From the NCBI GenBank assembly GCA_022763185.1, contig JALEGL010000012.1:65546-129545 (forward strand): a stretch of 64,000 nt of DNA. Reading direction: 5' to 3'. The notes below the pieces were generated by a model. That model did not search any database. It worked only from the letters and a program-made list of their open reading frames with translations, and was not told the DNA's origin. Both the position numbers and the translations under genes were made by a program. The stretch comes from a bacterium (GTDB lineage: Bacteria; Bdellovibrionota_G; JALEGL01). Of this stretch, positions 30,689-39,006 are shown in pieces. Within the stretch, counting starts at the first letter, position 1. Every line of letters starts with the position of its first letter.

Positions 30689-32542
30689 CTAGAAGTTAGA
30701 TGAGTTAAATACAAATGGGAATGTAACCAAAACCGAAGCTCCGTTTCTTGGTTTTGGGAATCCCCAAGACGTTATTTCTCCAGTTAAGCAGCTATGCACG
30801 CTGGCATTTCTGACTGAAGATGATTTAATACCACTTTGGGACACACTACCACCTGGGTTAATGGTCCATTTGGCAACTATTTTACCGGATAAACCTGGAT
30901 CTTGTAGTAAGCCTTTTTCATAACAGTAACGTATTTCGGATAAGTGACTTTGTACAACCTTTGCAATTTCTGCTCGGGTTAAACCACCACCACGCACGCC
31001 TACATCACCTGGAGGTGGTGCAATATCAACCACTCTACCTTTAATTTTACGGCCAGTTTTAGCTCCCACAGAAGTGCTGCCAAAGCCGTTGCCTTGTGGT
31101 GACCCACCTTTACCACCTTTAAAGCGGCTGATTTGAGCCATGCGCACATCTTTACCTGGCATGCCACCAATATTGCCTGAAACTGAGAAGGTTTGCATGC
31201 CACCTTTGGCTCTTACCGCACTAACATTGGATACTGCGGCCAACAATTGGTTGGATGAGCTTTTGGTTTTACTGAACATACCTGTTCCACCCAGTTTACC
31301 CAATGCACCCACTTGACTGATATCAGGAACCTTGGTGGTTTTACGACTGACTTTTTGGTTATGCCGTACGCGACTCTTGGTCGTACGCTTAGAAATTTTA
31401 TGGGTTTTGGTTTTAGAAGGAACCGTAATTTTTTTCTTAGGTTTTACCGGTTGCACAACTTTTTTTGGTTTTGGTTTAGGCTTTGGTTTTTCAATTGCAA
31501 TTTGTGCAAAACGATTCAACTCTTCTTGTGTCAATTTTTTCTCAACGGGCTGTTGCGTTGAAAAAAGACTTAAACCCATAATAGCCACCAAATGTAAGGC
31601 AGTTAAAGCAATACTCAAACCATAATATTTTTTTGGCAAGCTTTTTTTAAGCTTGGCCAGTTGAATAGGGCTTAAACGGGTTTGTCTGATATAAAAACTT
31701 AAACCGTTGTATTGTAAAATAATTTTATCTTCAAGCAGTTGTCCCCAACCATTGCCATCAAAGGCTATTTTATTAACAACTGTTTCATAATGATCACCAT
31801 CGATTTCTTGGCCACAAAGAAGGTTAATGTCTTTAGAAATTAACAAATGTCCTTTTGAGTTTACTTTGATCTTAGGACCTTTTTTGCCAAATAGATTAAT
31901 TTGCATGTCTTCAATCATGGGCGTGCATTCAAAAACCTGTTCACCGTTATAACGAATAACTTCCCAAACCAACTCACCTTGCATGGGTTTTTTAAGCTCT
32001 TCTTTTAATAGCTTGTCACGCATAGAAAAGGTTGGAGCTGTAAAAATATCGTCTTCATCTTCGTCGTAATCTTCTGGTGTTAAACGATCGGTAACAACAT
32101 ACTCTTGACTATCTTCCATTACCGCAGATGTATCTTTTTTATGTTCAGGAATAAATAAGTCTGAACCATCATAAACATTGGCTATTTCAGTTTTTTCTAA
32201 AGAAGGAATCTTTATAGAAAATGTTGTACTACCGATAACAACTTCTTGATTGGGTTTAAGGTCAATGTTTAAAAATTCTTCGCCTTGATATTCAATACCG
32301 TTATTACTTTTTAAAGCTTCAAGTGAAAATGTTCCATCAGCATTAAGTCTTAAGGTTGCATGATGTCTTGAAACATATTTATCTTTGATAACAATGTCAT
32401 TTTTACTTGATCGACCAATGCTTGCTTCTGGATGACTTAATTTGAACTGTTTAGTCTTCCCATTGGCAAGTGAAATCTTGACAATATAGAGAAATCTAAA
32501 TCCCTGATTGACTTGTGCTATGACGGTGTTAAATGTTTTCAT
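30689..32542 (-). CDS. gltG: GltG/PglI-like protein: FHA domain, TM, Pro/Lys linker and AgmX/PglI (TonB-like) C-terminal domain
   Basis: FHA motif IGRS...VSRHH...SNNG; TM with His; KPKPKPKP; IRYCYEKGL...W.FPKP..V.VTFPF. Confidence 0.78.
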   Translation of the reverse strand: MKTFNTVIAQVNQGFRFLYIVKISLANGKTKQFKLSHPEASIGRSSKNDIVIKDKYVSRHHATLRLNADGTFSLEALKSNNGIEYQGEEFLNIDLKPNQEVVIGSTTFSIKIPSLEKTEIANVYDGSDLFIPEHKKDTSAVMEDSQEYVVTDRLTPEDYDEDEDDIFTAPTFSMRDKLLKEELKKPMQGELVWEVIRYNGEQVFECTPMIEDMQINLFGKKGPKIKVNSKGHLLISKDINLLCGQEIDGDHYETVVNKIAFDGNGWGQLLEDKIILQYNGLSFYIRQTRLSPIQLAKLKKSLPKKYYGLSIALTALHLVAIMGLSLFSTQQPVEKKLTQEELNRFAQIAIEKPKPKPKPKKVVQPVKPKKKITVPSKTKTHKISKRTTKSRVRHNQKVSRKTTKVPDISQVGALGKLGGTGMFSKTKSSSNQLLAAVSNVSAVRAKGGMQTFSVSGNIGGMPGKDVRMAQISRFKGGKGGSPQGNGFGSTSVGAKTGRKIKGRVVDIAPPPGDVGVRGGGLTRAEIAKVVQSHLSEIRYCYEKGLLQDPGLSGKIVAKWTINPGGSVSQSGIKSSSVRNASVHSCLTGEITSWGFPKPRNGASVLVTFPFVFNSSNF

Positions 32543-32575
32543 AATGATTCCTTTGTTGTTGGCTTCTTTGTTGGC

Positions 32576-32803
32576 TTAATATAAAGCGCTTTTTTTAACT
32601 TTCTTTCTATAGTTTAAACGGGGCTGAAGTTGGCTTTTTTGCTTCAGTTGGCCTCTGTCAGACATATAGACAGAGTCTGCGTTTTTAGTTTGTCCTTTAA
32701 TTTGCATGTTTCCAAAGTTAACTTTTGTTTGTCCAGACTTTGCAAAAAGGCTGCTTGAAAACAAAAGAACTATCGTTAAACTTATATTGATTATGTTTTT
32801 CAT
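32576..32803 (-). CDS. gltF: GltF/CglF-like small secreted protein
   Basis: Signal peptide and VNFxxxxIKG...RxNY pattern like CglF; directly upstream of the gltG-like gene. Confidence 0.6.
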   Translation of the reverse strand: MKNIINISLTIVLLFSSSLFAKSGQTKVNFGNMQIKGQTKNADSVYMSDRGQLKQKSQLQPRLNYRKKVKKSALY

Positions 32804-33285
32804 GATTCTCTCCTAAAGACGACAAAGCGAGATTTTGGATATCCTGCCATGCCGGATGATTTTAAAACTTTATCTAAAACTTCAAATGAAATACTTTGGT
32901 CTGCTTTGAGTAAAACAACACCTTCATCTTCTTTTTTAACTTTTCCAGAATTGGTTTGTTGGCTTCTGATTTGTACCAATTCTCTATACAAAGGTAATAT
33001 TTTTTGGCCATCAACTTGTGCTTGAATTTTTTTGCCATAGCGTAGTTTGGCGACAACTTTATCTTCAACCATAATAGCGTTCTGACTTACAGTAACATTA
33101 ACAGCATTGTTTAAACTTATTTCTGAGGTAGAGTAGGGGACTTTAATATCTTTAGGAATGCTGATGTCTTTTTGTTCTTCCGAAGAAAAGTTGAACAGCA
33201 AGAAAACCAGGATAATGGTAAACATGTCCATCATAGATGTAAGCATGATTGTTTCTTGCGGGACTTTGCGTTTTGGAAAATTCAT
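32800..33285 (-). CDS. aglS: ExbD/TolR-family motor subunit, AglS-like
   Basis: LTSMMDMFTIILVFLL (Asp retained); ADQSISFEVL motif. Confidence 0.72.
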   Translation of the reverse strand: MNFPKRKVPQETIMLTSMMDMFTIILVFLLFNFSSEEQKDISIPKDIKVPYSTSEISLNNAVNVTVSQNAIMVEDKVVAKLRYGKKIQAQVDGQKILPLYRELVQIRSQQTNSGKVKKEDEGVVLLKADQSISFEVLDKVLKSSGMAGYPKSRFVVFRRES

Positions 33286-33371
33286 TTTAAATTACTCCTA
33301 CAGTGATACGTCCAAGGTTAATAAGGATTCTTTGAGCTTTTTTTAAATACATCATAACTAGCTCTATTAAG

Positions 33372-33506
33372 AGCAAATGTAGTGCCAGAAGGAATGAGGA
33401 AGAGTTTTTTTGAAAAACAAGTAAATTCAATTAGTTAGTTTTTTTTCTGGTTGTTTAAACTTTAAAAAGCGTAAATAAAAATTGCAATCATGCATTTTTT
33501 GCATAG
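33372..33506 (-). promoter_or_regulatory. Sigma-54 promoter, IHF-like site and enhancer of aglS-gltF-gltG
   Basis: Minus strand TGGCACTACATTTGCT (33387-33372); ATTCAATTAGTTA 33425-33437; TGCATTTTTTGCATAG 33491-33506. Confidence 0.82.
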
Positions 33507-33775
33507 TAGTTATGAGTTAAATAGTTGTTTTTTGAAATTGATACAAACTTCTTTTTGCATCAGTCTAAGTGTGGCTTTGTATAAAATAATACTTACGCTT
33601 CAGTACATAGTAATATTTTAAATGTATAGTTAAGCTGATTAACTGTATTCTTTGTAATGAATGAGTGATTTTATAATGCCAAAAGATTAAAATTGAAAAA
33701 ATTTAGCAAATTTTTTCTTGTATATTTATAGTGCTATTGTGCATTTTAGTTGGTATGAATAACACATAGATTAAA

Positions 33776-34135
33776 TTGGTTATTGATTTAATACATATCA
33801 ATAATAAATACCAGCCTGATAAACTTGAAATTTTGATTCATAATATTGCTCAAGATAGCAACTTACATATTGATGCTAATGTTCCAAAATGGCTTATTGA
33901 AATATTTTATGCTTTGTGTACGAACAAAGCTATAAAGGAAACAAGACTTATAACTGCCTATTATAATTACAGTAAAGAGGGAAGGGTTAGAAATTTTTTA
34001 GCGGAATTAGAGGATATACTTGAGGGAGAATGGGATGACTTTGGCGGAGGAATAACGCTTGTGCTATTTAATATAAATATGAAAGTCTTTATCTCATTTG
34101 AAAGCTCAAGCTATGAAGTATCTTTTTTAAAATAA
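33776..34135 (+). CDS. Hypothetical protein, weak barstar-like pattern, possibly degenerate
   Basis: AT-rich ORF with TTG start; an in-frame ATG at 33755 is followed by TAG at the fifth codon. Confidence 0.35.
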   Translation: MVIDLIHINNKYQPDKLEILIHNIAQDSNLHIDANVPKWLIEIFYALCTNKAIKETRLITAYYNYSKEGRVRNFLAELEDILEGEWDDFGGGITLVLFNINMKVFISFESSSYEVSFLK

Positions 34136-34331
34136 ATCTTAGAGATGCTTTTTTCAATACTTAATCTTGTGCTGAAAAACACAATAATTTCAGCGCTATT
34201 GGAAGCAATACAAGTAATGAGGCAAAGTAATAGTAGGTTCTTATAAAAAAATACTGTAACTTTCTGCTATAGAAATATATCTTTGAAAACCTTGTGTGTG
34301 ACTAAGAAAAACTATACTTACGTTAGTTAAT

Positions 34332-34487
34332 AAAGAGCTAGAAGCTTATAGAATGAGTGGCAAAAATTTCTAAGATTTAGCTCGAATTTGTCTATATTAG
34401 AATGTTGATCCAATATAGACAAATATTCGCTCTTATGTGCTCTGGTCAATTTTTGCCATAGCGGATAAATCGCTTTTTGGTTTTTTT
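34332..34487 (+). repeat. Nested inverted repeats forming a rod-like hairpin of about 155 nt
   Basis: TGGCAAAAATT 34358-68 with AATTTTTGCCA 34448-58; ATTTGTCTATATT 34386-98 with AATATAGACAAAT 34412-24. Confidence 0.65.
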
Positions 34488-35145
34488 ATTTGGAGATCTC
34501 AACTACATTCAAGTTTGCAACACCTAGCTCAAGTAACCATCCAAACATTGCACCTGCACTCCCAATAGTAGCCCTATCATATTGTCCATCCATATTATAT
34601 TGTCTGTCCATAAAGACCATCTCCGCTCCAATTACATTTGTAAACCCGATTTGAATACCAGAATATTTACCTTCTGGCGAACCATTGCCGTGGTATACAA
34701 CTATACTGGCGTTCACTTTGAATCCTCCATCGATGCCAAAACCATTATCAGTCTCTATATGATCACCGTCTTCATCAAAAATCAAGATATTGCCGATTTG
34801 TATATTCGGATATTTTCCCAGATTTAGGCATCTGTGTGATTCAGCCATAGCAATTAAGGCAAAACCAGCCCCACCACACAAATAAAAACGAGTGTTATTG
34901 CTCGCAAGCGTTTTGCTAGACAGGCTAGAGACTTCCATGAAAGACTCTACAGCTTCATCGTAGCTAATTTCCCCTCTCTCATGCAGCTCACTAATTTTAG
35001 TTTGAAGTTCATTGCGCTTTAGTTCTGCTAGGGCTTCTATATCTTCAGCTTGTGCTGAAGATAAATTTATAAGTAATGCCGCCATTACAACTCCTAAAGC
35101 CCGTAGACCTAATCTTTCTCTAAATAATGTATTTACTTGTCCCAT
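34486..35145 (-). CDS. Hypothetical secreted protein
   Basis: SD AAGGAG before ATG 35145; signal peptide (AQA/E); Gly-rich beta C-terminus. Confidence 0.65.
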   Translation of the reverse strand: MGQVNTLFRERLGLRALGVVMAALLINLSSAQAEDIEALAELKRNELQTKISELHERGEISYDEAVESFMEVSSLSSKTLASNNTRFYLCGGAGFALIAMAESHRCLNLGKYPNIQIGNILIFDEDGDHIETDNGFGIDGGFKVNASIVVYHGNGSPEGKYSGIQIGFTNVIGAEMVFMDRQYNMDGQYDRATIGSAGAMFGWLLELGVANLNVVEISK

Positions 35146-35187
35146 TCTCATCTCCTTTGTTTTGATATTTTGCGACGCATTACACAT

Positions 35188-35242
35188 AGCAAAGCTTATA
35201 CCAAGTTGCAAAAAATTATTTAGTAATAAAATCAAGCATTTA
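35188..35242 (-). promoter_or_regulatory. Sigma-54 promoter with IHF site
   Basis: Minus strand TGGTATAAGCTTTGCT (35203-35188); AATCAAGCATTTA 35230-35242. Confidence 0.75.
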
Positions 35243-35570
35243 GATGTAAGTCCTTTCTCATTTGGCACAAATCGAGTTACTTATGTCGCAGAAAACTATT
35301 CACATCCTTCTATGAGCTACGTTTTTTAGTTATGTTAGTGTTTGTTTGAGTAAAAAACTTTAGGCTTTAAGAGTTAAGTTTGCTTTAAGAAAGGAAACTT
35401 AAAACGATGAAGAAAGATGTTTTTTTAAACTTGCAGAGGCTTTTGATGGTGTTTCACTCTAAGTTAGTTTGCCAGGACAATGCGCTATAGTTCGTATTAC
35501 TCCTGGTAATTGTTTCTTAAAATTTTTTAATGTTTCCAGAGCGTTTGAAGCGTTTTATATATTTTACTAA

Positions 35571-35603
35571 CAAAAAAGCTGCTTACGCGTGTAAGCAGCT
35601 TTT
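35571..35603 (-). terminator. Intrinsic terminator after aglR-aglQ
   Basis: AAAAGCTGCTTAC-GCGT-GTAAGCAGCTTTT perfect stem. Confidence 0.85.
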
Positions 35604-35634
35604 GTAGTTAAGTAAATTTTAAGCTTCATTTAGA

Positions 35635-36162
35635 TTACTCTACGCCAACAGTACTGGTTAAAACAACTTCATTGTAGAGAAGTTTGCGTTCACCTTTACC
35701 TTGAGATTTTGCCCAACGAGCAGTGTCCATGACATTCACGAGCGTTTGATAGTTAATACTTTTATCTGGGAACATCATAACCGCTTTGCCTCGAGGAAAT
35801 CGTTCTTTAATACTTTGCAGTGTTAGGTTGAGTTTGTCATAGTCAAACTTGCCTTTACTTTTTCTAATACTTGTTCGGACACTATCCAGCTCTTGAGCTG
35901 TGAGGTTGTCGCCGCTACCGCTGATATGAAATCCATCAGATTCAACTCTTAAACTTATGTTTAAAACTTTTTCAGACTGTCCAGGTTTTAAAGGAGCATC
36001 AGCTATGGTTGGTACTGAAGCATTAATGATACTGAGTTTGATAAATGCTGCATTCATCAACAAGAAGGGGATTAGCACCACGAATAAGTTCATCATGGGT
36101 GTTAAGTTTACTTCTTCTTCAGTTGCAGTTTCTCTTACTGGAAATGTATCTTGTCCAAACAT
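35635..36162 (-). CDS. aglQ: ExbD/TolR-family motor subunit, AglQ-like, with Asn at the conserved TM Asp position
   Basis: EVNLTPMMNLFVVLIPFLL; PDKSINYQTLVNVMD; follows the aglR-like gene. Confidence 0.72.
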   Translation of the reverse strand: MFGQDTFPVRETATEEEVNLTPMMNLFVVLIPFLLMNAAFIKLSIINASVPTIADAPLKPGQSEKVLNISLRVESDGFHISGSGDNLTAQELDSVRTSIRKSKGKFDYDKLNLTLQSIKERFPRGKAVMMFPDKSINYQTLVNVMDTARWAKSQGKGERKLLYNEVVLTSTVGVE

Positions 36163-36190
36163 AGTGATTCTCCTTTAATTCCCGCCCCTA

Positions 36191-36853
36191 TTAATGGTTT
36201 TGACCTCTGATTACTCTTTGAGGTCCCACGCGCAAATCTTTATTTGATGCTGAAATCATATTCAAAAGCTCAATAGAGGACTCTTGAATACTGTCTAAAA
36301 TTTTATTTTGACGGTTCATTAGGATGTTAAAACCAATCAAACAGGGAATGGCCACAATCAAACCTGAAGCAGTTGTGAACATCGCTACAGAAATACCGTT
36401 GGCTAATGCTTCTTGTTTTGCAGCTGCTTCAGCGTTAGCAACCGCTTTAAAACACTGAATCAAACCTATAATGGTTCCTAAAAGACCCATTAAAGTAGCC
36501 ACGTTGGCTAACATGGATAAATATCCCGTGCGTTCACTGACTGTGGGAGTAACCTGCATGTATTTACTGGCAATGGCTCTTTCAATTTCTTTGTCACCTC
36601 TATTGGCTTTAACCAGAGCGGCATTGAGAACTTGAGGAAGAGGGTGGTTAAAAAATGAATGACAGGCTTGAATAGCGCCATTGATATCACCTGACTCAAC
36701 AGATCTAAAAATTCTTTGGCTGAAGTCTTTGGTGTTCAGGCTCAATTCAAAAAAGAGATAATAAGCTCTTTCTACCATGATGGTCAGTGCCACGATGGAA
36801 ACCGCTAAAATGGGGTACATGAACAGTCCACCTTTGTTTAATATTGCTAACAT
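36191..36853 (-). CDS. aglR: MotA/TolQ/ExbB-family motor subunit, AglR-like
   Basis: ANVATLMGLLGTIIGLI and GISVAMFTTASGLIVAIP motifs. Confidence 0.78.
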   Translation of the reverse strand: MLAILNKGGLFMYPILAVSIVALTIMVERAYYLFFELSLNTKDFSQRIFRSVESGDINGAIQACHSFFNHPLPQVLNAALVKANRGDKEIERAIASKYMQVTPTVSERTGYLSMLANVATLMGLLGTIIGLIQCFKAVANAEAAAKQEALANGISVAMFTTASGLIVAIPCLIGFNILMNRQNKILDSIQESSIELLNMISASNKDLRVGPQRVIRGQNH

Positions 36854-36897
36854 AATAATGCTCCTTTTAAAGTGTTATTAATTCCAGGCTTTATAAG

Positions 36898-37034
36898 AGC
36901 AAGCTTGATGCCATTGTTGTTTGTGTTGTTTAGAAGAAAAAATAACAATATATTCAAATACTTATTTTTTAAAACTGAATGCAGTCAGTGCATAAAGTGT
37001 AAATAATTATTTACAGGCTGCAAAAATTGCATAG
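36898..37034 (-). promoter_or_regulatory. Sigma-54 promoter, IHF-like site and enhancer of aglR-aglQ
   Basis: Minus strand TGGCATCAAGCTTGCT (36913-36898); ATTCAAATACTTA 36952-36964; TGCAAAAATTGCATAG 37019-37034. Confidence 0.82.
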
Positions 37035-37239
37035 TTATTTGTAAAAACAATGTGTATTTGTTTTCATTGGATTGTTATTGCGCCAATTAAGTTAAGTTGT
37101 TCAAAGGGTGAGTTGTATAGATCGTGTAATTGTTGATAAAGCTGTTTTTATAAAAACAAGTTGCACGCTCTATATATAAATAATGAAACGCCTAACTGGA
37201 TAGACCATTTATAAAAAGGACACTCTTTTTTTTAGTGAG

Positions 37240-37354
37240 CTATGCAACTTTTTCTCAATTGCAAAAAAAATTACGCTCTCTACCATTTTTTATTATCTAT
37301 GGGGTAAAGAAATCAATGCGTTAAGTCAATTTTTAACTTGGTACAGTGCTTGCT
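37240..37354 (+). promoter_or_regulatory. Sigma-54 promoter, IHF site and partial enhancer
   Basis: TGGTACAGTGCTTGCT (37339-37354); AATCAATGCGTTA 37311-37323; CTATGCAA at 37240. Confidence 0.78.
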
Positions 37355-37366
37355 CTTACTTAAGGC

Positions 37367-38182
37367 ATGTTAAATTTTATAGCACAGCTAAAGGAGAGCA
37401 CAATGATAAACAAGCAAACAATGATAGCAAGAATTTTTGCCTGTATAATTTTATTAACAGGCTTTACATTATTTACACCTGACTATGCCTTAGCCCAATG
37501 GGGTGGACCAGGTTGTGATGTTTCAGATCCCGATGCAGATAATGATGGTGATGGCATGACCAATGGCGAAGAAGTAGCCAATGGAACCGACCCGTGCGAT
37601 GCTGATTCTGATGGTGATGGCATGGATGATCAAGAAGAAGATGCACAGTTAACCAATCCACTTGTAGCTGATACAGATGCAGATGGTTTATTAGATGGTG
37701 TTGAGTTTAGCCAAACTGGAACAGACCCTACTAAAGCCGACACGGATGAAGATGGTTTATTGGATGGACCAGAATTAAATATGGGTTTAGATGCATTCAA
37801 CCCTGATATGGATTTTGATGGTTTATTGGATGGTCATGAAGTGCATATTGGCTCAAATCCACTTTCAGCACATTCTGATGAAGATAATGTTTCAGACTTT
37901 GATGAAGTAATGTTAGGAACAGATCCAACTGTGACTGAGTCTGCGGCAACATTTCAAGCAGCATGTACAGCTAAAGGTTCAGAAAATACTTTAGTGATTT
38001 GTAATGCTTATACTTCTGATGATTCAGGACCAAGCTTTAATAAAGACACAAGTGTTGAAGGTACACAGGTTCAAGGGTGTGCAAGTGCAGGCGCTAACAA
38101 CAGTGGTATGCCAAGTTACTTCATTCTCTTTGCCTTAGTTATTTTGGCCAATGTAAGCTTAAGAAAAAGGCAAAACGCTTAA
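37367..38182 (+). CDS. Secreted TSP3-like Ca-binding repeat protein with MYXO-CTERM-like tail
   Basis: About six DxDxDG.LD..E...GTDP repeats; C-terminal GCAS-TM-RKR; alternative start ATG 37403 with SD AAGGAG. Confidence 0.78.
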   Translation: MLNFIAQLKESTMINKQTMIARIFACIILLTGFTLFTPDYALAQWGGPGCDVSDPDADNDGDGMTNGEEVANGTDPCDADSDGDGMDDQEEDAQLTNPLVADTDADGLLDGVEFSQTGTDPTKADTDEDGLLDGPELNMGLDAFNPDMDFDGLLDGHEVHIGSNPLSAHSDEDNVSDFDEVMLGTDPTVTESAATFQAACTAKGSENTLVICNAYTSDDSGPSFNKDTSVEGTQVQGCASAGANNSGMPSYFILFALVILANVSLRKRQNA

Positions 38183-38213
38183 ACAGTTTAGCAAAACAGC
38201 TATAAAATGATCT

Positions 38214-38243
38214 AAAAACCCGGCTAGCACGCCGGGTTTTTTT
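38214..38243 (+). terminator. Intrinsic terminator
   Basis: AAAAACCCGGC-TAGCAC-GCCGGGTTTTTTT. Confidence 0.85.
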
Positions 38244-38334
38244 ATAGGTCTAAAAAATATTATGTGTTATGGCTTCTGGCTCTTGATAAAATCATTAACG
38301 AATTACTAAAAAGATATATCTAAAACGTAAAAAT

Positions 38335-39000
38335 ATGTTGGATAAAACCTATATCACTGTATTTGATTTCAAAATTTTTGAGCCGGTTACCGCATTAACC
38401 GATATAGTGGTTGCTATTGTTTGTTTTTGGGCGTGTTATCAACTACATAAGTTATCTTTAAAAAAATCATCGCATCAATCATTTAAAGTTTATTTCTTGC
38501 TTATGGCTTTTGCTACGCTATATGCAGGTATCTTTGGACACGCGCTCTTCCCTTATTTGAGTATGAACTGGAAGATTCCTGGGTGGATTTTAGCAATGTT
38601 GTCGCTAACATTTTTAGAGCGTGCTTCTATCCTGCAAACTAGAGGTTTTGTTAACCATCGCTTCTTACTGTTATTGACATACCTTAATATTATTGAGTTT
38701 ATTGTTTTCTTTGTATTGGTGCTATGGACGCAAGAATTTAAATTTATTGAAATTCATTCAGGCTATGCTTTCTTATGCGTTGTTTTACCGCTGAATATAT
38801 ATTTTTATTTGCGCACCAAACACGACGCCTGTAAATATTTTTTTTATGGCATTGGATTTTCAGGTTTAGCGGTGTTAACATTCAACTTGGTCATTGGTTT
38901 TCACGCTTGGTTCAACCATATAGATCTTAGTCATTGCCTTCTAGCTATTGCGGCATACTTTTTTTATTTGGGTGCAAAAAGAGTCAATAAAGAAGCTTAA
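38335..39000 (+). CDS. Multi-pass membrane protein (DUF6962-like)
   Basis: About seven TM segments; EPxTxxTD and NHxDxxH motifs. Confidence 0.6.
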   Translation: MLDKTYITVFDFKIFEPVTALTDIVVAIVCFWACYQLHKLSLKKSSHQSFKVYFLLMAFATLYAGIFGHALFPYLSMNWKIPGWILAMLSLTFLERASILQTRGFVNHRFLLLLTYLNIIEFIVFFVLVLWTQEFKFIEIHSGYAFLCVVLPLNIYFYLRTKHDACKYFFYGIGFSGLAVLTFNLVIGFHAWFNHIDLSHCLLAIAAYFFYLGAKRVNKEA

Positions 39001-39006
39001 GCAAAC

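Noticed and set aside
35146..35268. Longer N-terminus of the 34486 ORF
   Set aside because: It overlaps the sigma-54 promoter and IHF site; the SD-led ATG at 35145 fits better
35262..35280. TTGGCAC as a sigma-54 promoter (also the reverse copies near 28385 and 30410)
   Set aside because: No TTGC at -12; more likely part of the enhancer region
37520..37940. Periodic GATGGT repeats as a possible CRISPR or tandem array
   Set aside because: They encode DxDxDG Ca-binding protein repeats; there is no constant repeat-spacer structure or cas gene
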